The translations under genes were made by a program, and so were the position numbers. 64,000 nt of DNA. Origin: an uncultured Acidobacteriota bacterium (GTDB lineage Bacteria > Acidobacteriota > UBA6911). Below the pieces are notes generated by a model that had not been told where the DNA came from, did not search any database, and saw only the letters and a program-made list of their open reading frames with translations. Of this stretch, positions 63,599 to 64,000 are shown in pieces. Location of the stretch: positions 96,001 through 160,000 of the forward strand of contig CAWHCF010000031.1 in assembly GCA_963827655.1 (NCBI GenBank). The letters are read 5' to 3'. Position 1 is the first letter of the stretch. Every line of letters begins with the position of its first letter.

Positions 63599-64000
63599 GT
63601 GAGCGAGTTTCAAGAGTCCTTTGATGTGGTAGTGGTCGGGGGGGGCCATGCCGGCTGTGAAGCCGCCATGGCAGCGGCCCGGATAGGGGCGAAGACCGCC
63701 CTATTCACGCTCAACCTCGACCTCATCGCCCAGATGTCGTGCAACCCCGCGATTGGAGGGATTGCCAAGGGGCACCTCGTGCGCGAGATCGATGCGCTGG
63801 GCGGCATCATGGCGGAGGTGGCGGACCGGACTGGAATCCAGTTTCGACTCCTCAACAGCAGTCGCGGACCCGCCGTCCAATCCCCGCGGTGCCAGTCTGA
63901 TAAGTCTAAATATCGCAATGAGATGCGGAAGTTTCTGGAATGCCAGCCCAACCTCTCCCTGATACAGTCTGAAGTCGTCAGTCTGAACCTGGAGCGAGGC
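63599..64000 (+). CDS. mnmG: tRNA uridine-5-carboxymethylaminomethyl modification enzyme MnmG (GidA), 3'-truncated by the window
   Basis: GTG start; [50 protein letters not shown]. Confidence 0.97.
   Translation, partial: MSEFQESFDVVVVGGGHAGCEAAMAAARIGAKTALFTLNLDLIAQMSCNPAIGGIAKGHLVREIDALGGIMAEVADRTGIQFRLLNSSRGPAVQSPRCQSDKSKYRNEMRKFLECQPNLSLIQSEVVSLNLERG

Overview
GC-rich bacterial chromosomal segment, most likely from an Acidobacteriota-like organism (inferred from the gene families present). From left to right it contains: (1) a complete SUF Fe-S operon (Rrf2/IscR-like regulator, sufBCDSU, sufT); (2) an accessory block at about 6.5-28.4 kb of mostly exported hydrolases and oxidoreductases, plus hutH and a threonine-synthase-like gene, ending in a ~1180-aa beta-propeller / di-heme cytochrome c / Kelch mosaic protein; (3) an ECF sigma / zinc anti-sigma / B-box / DUF5668 / DUF4097 / toast-rack envelope-stress operon; (4) housekeeping genes (nrdR, hsp20, lon, thiL, rnc, serS, galU, purD, purE, mtaB, acpS, pgeF, rlmN, M16 peptidase, purB); and (5) the rpmH-rnpA-yidD-yidC-jag-mnmE-mnmG cluster, with no dnaA next to it. 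Eight frameshifts in seven genes are all +1 insertions, two of them in yidC, so they are most likely assembly errors. Intergenic spaces carry several families of small palindromic or MITE-like elements. No tRNA, rRNA, CRISPR array, transposase or prophage gene was recognised. All calls come from reading motifs by eye; no database searches were run.
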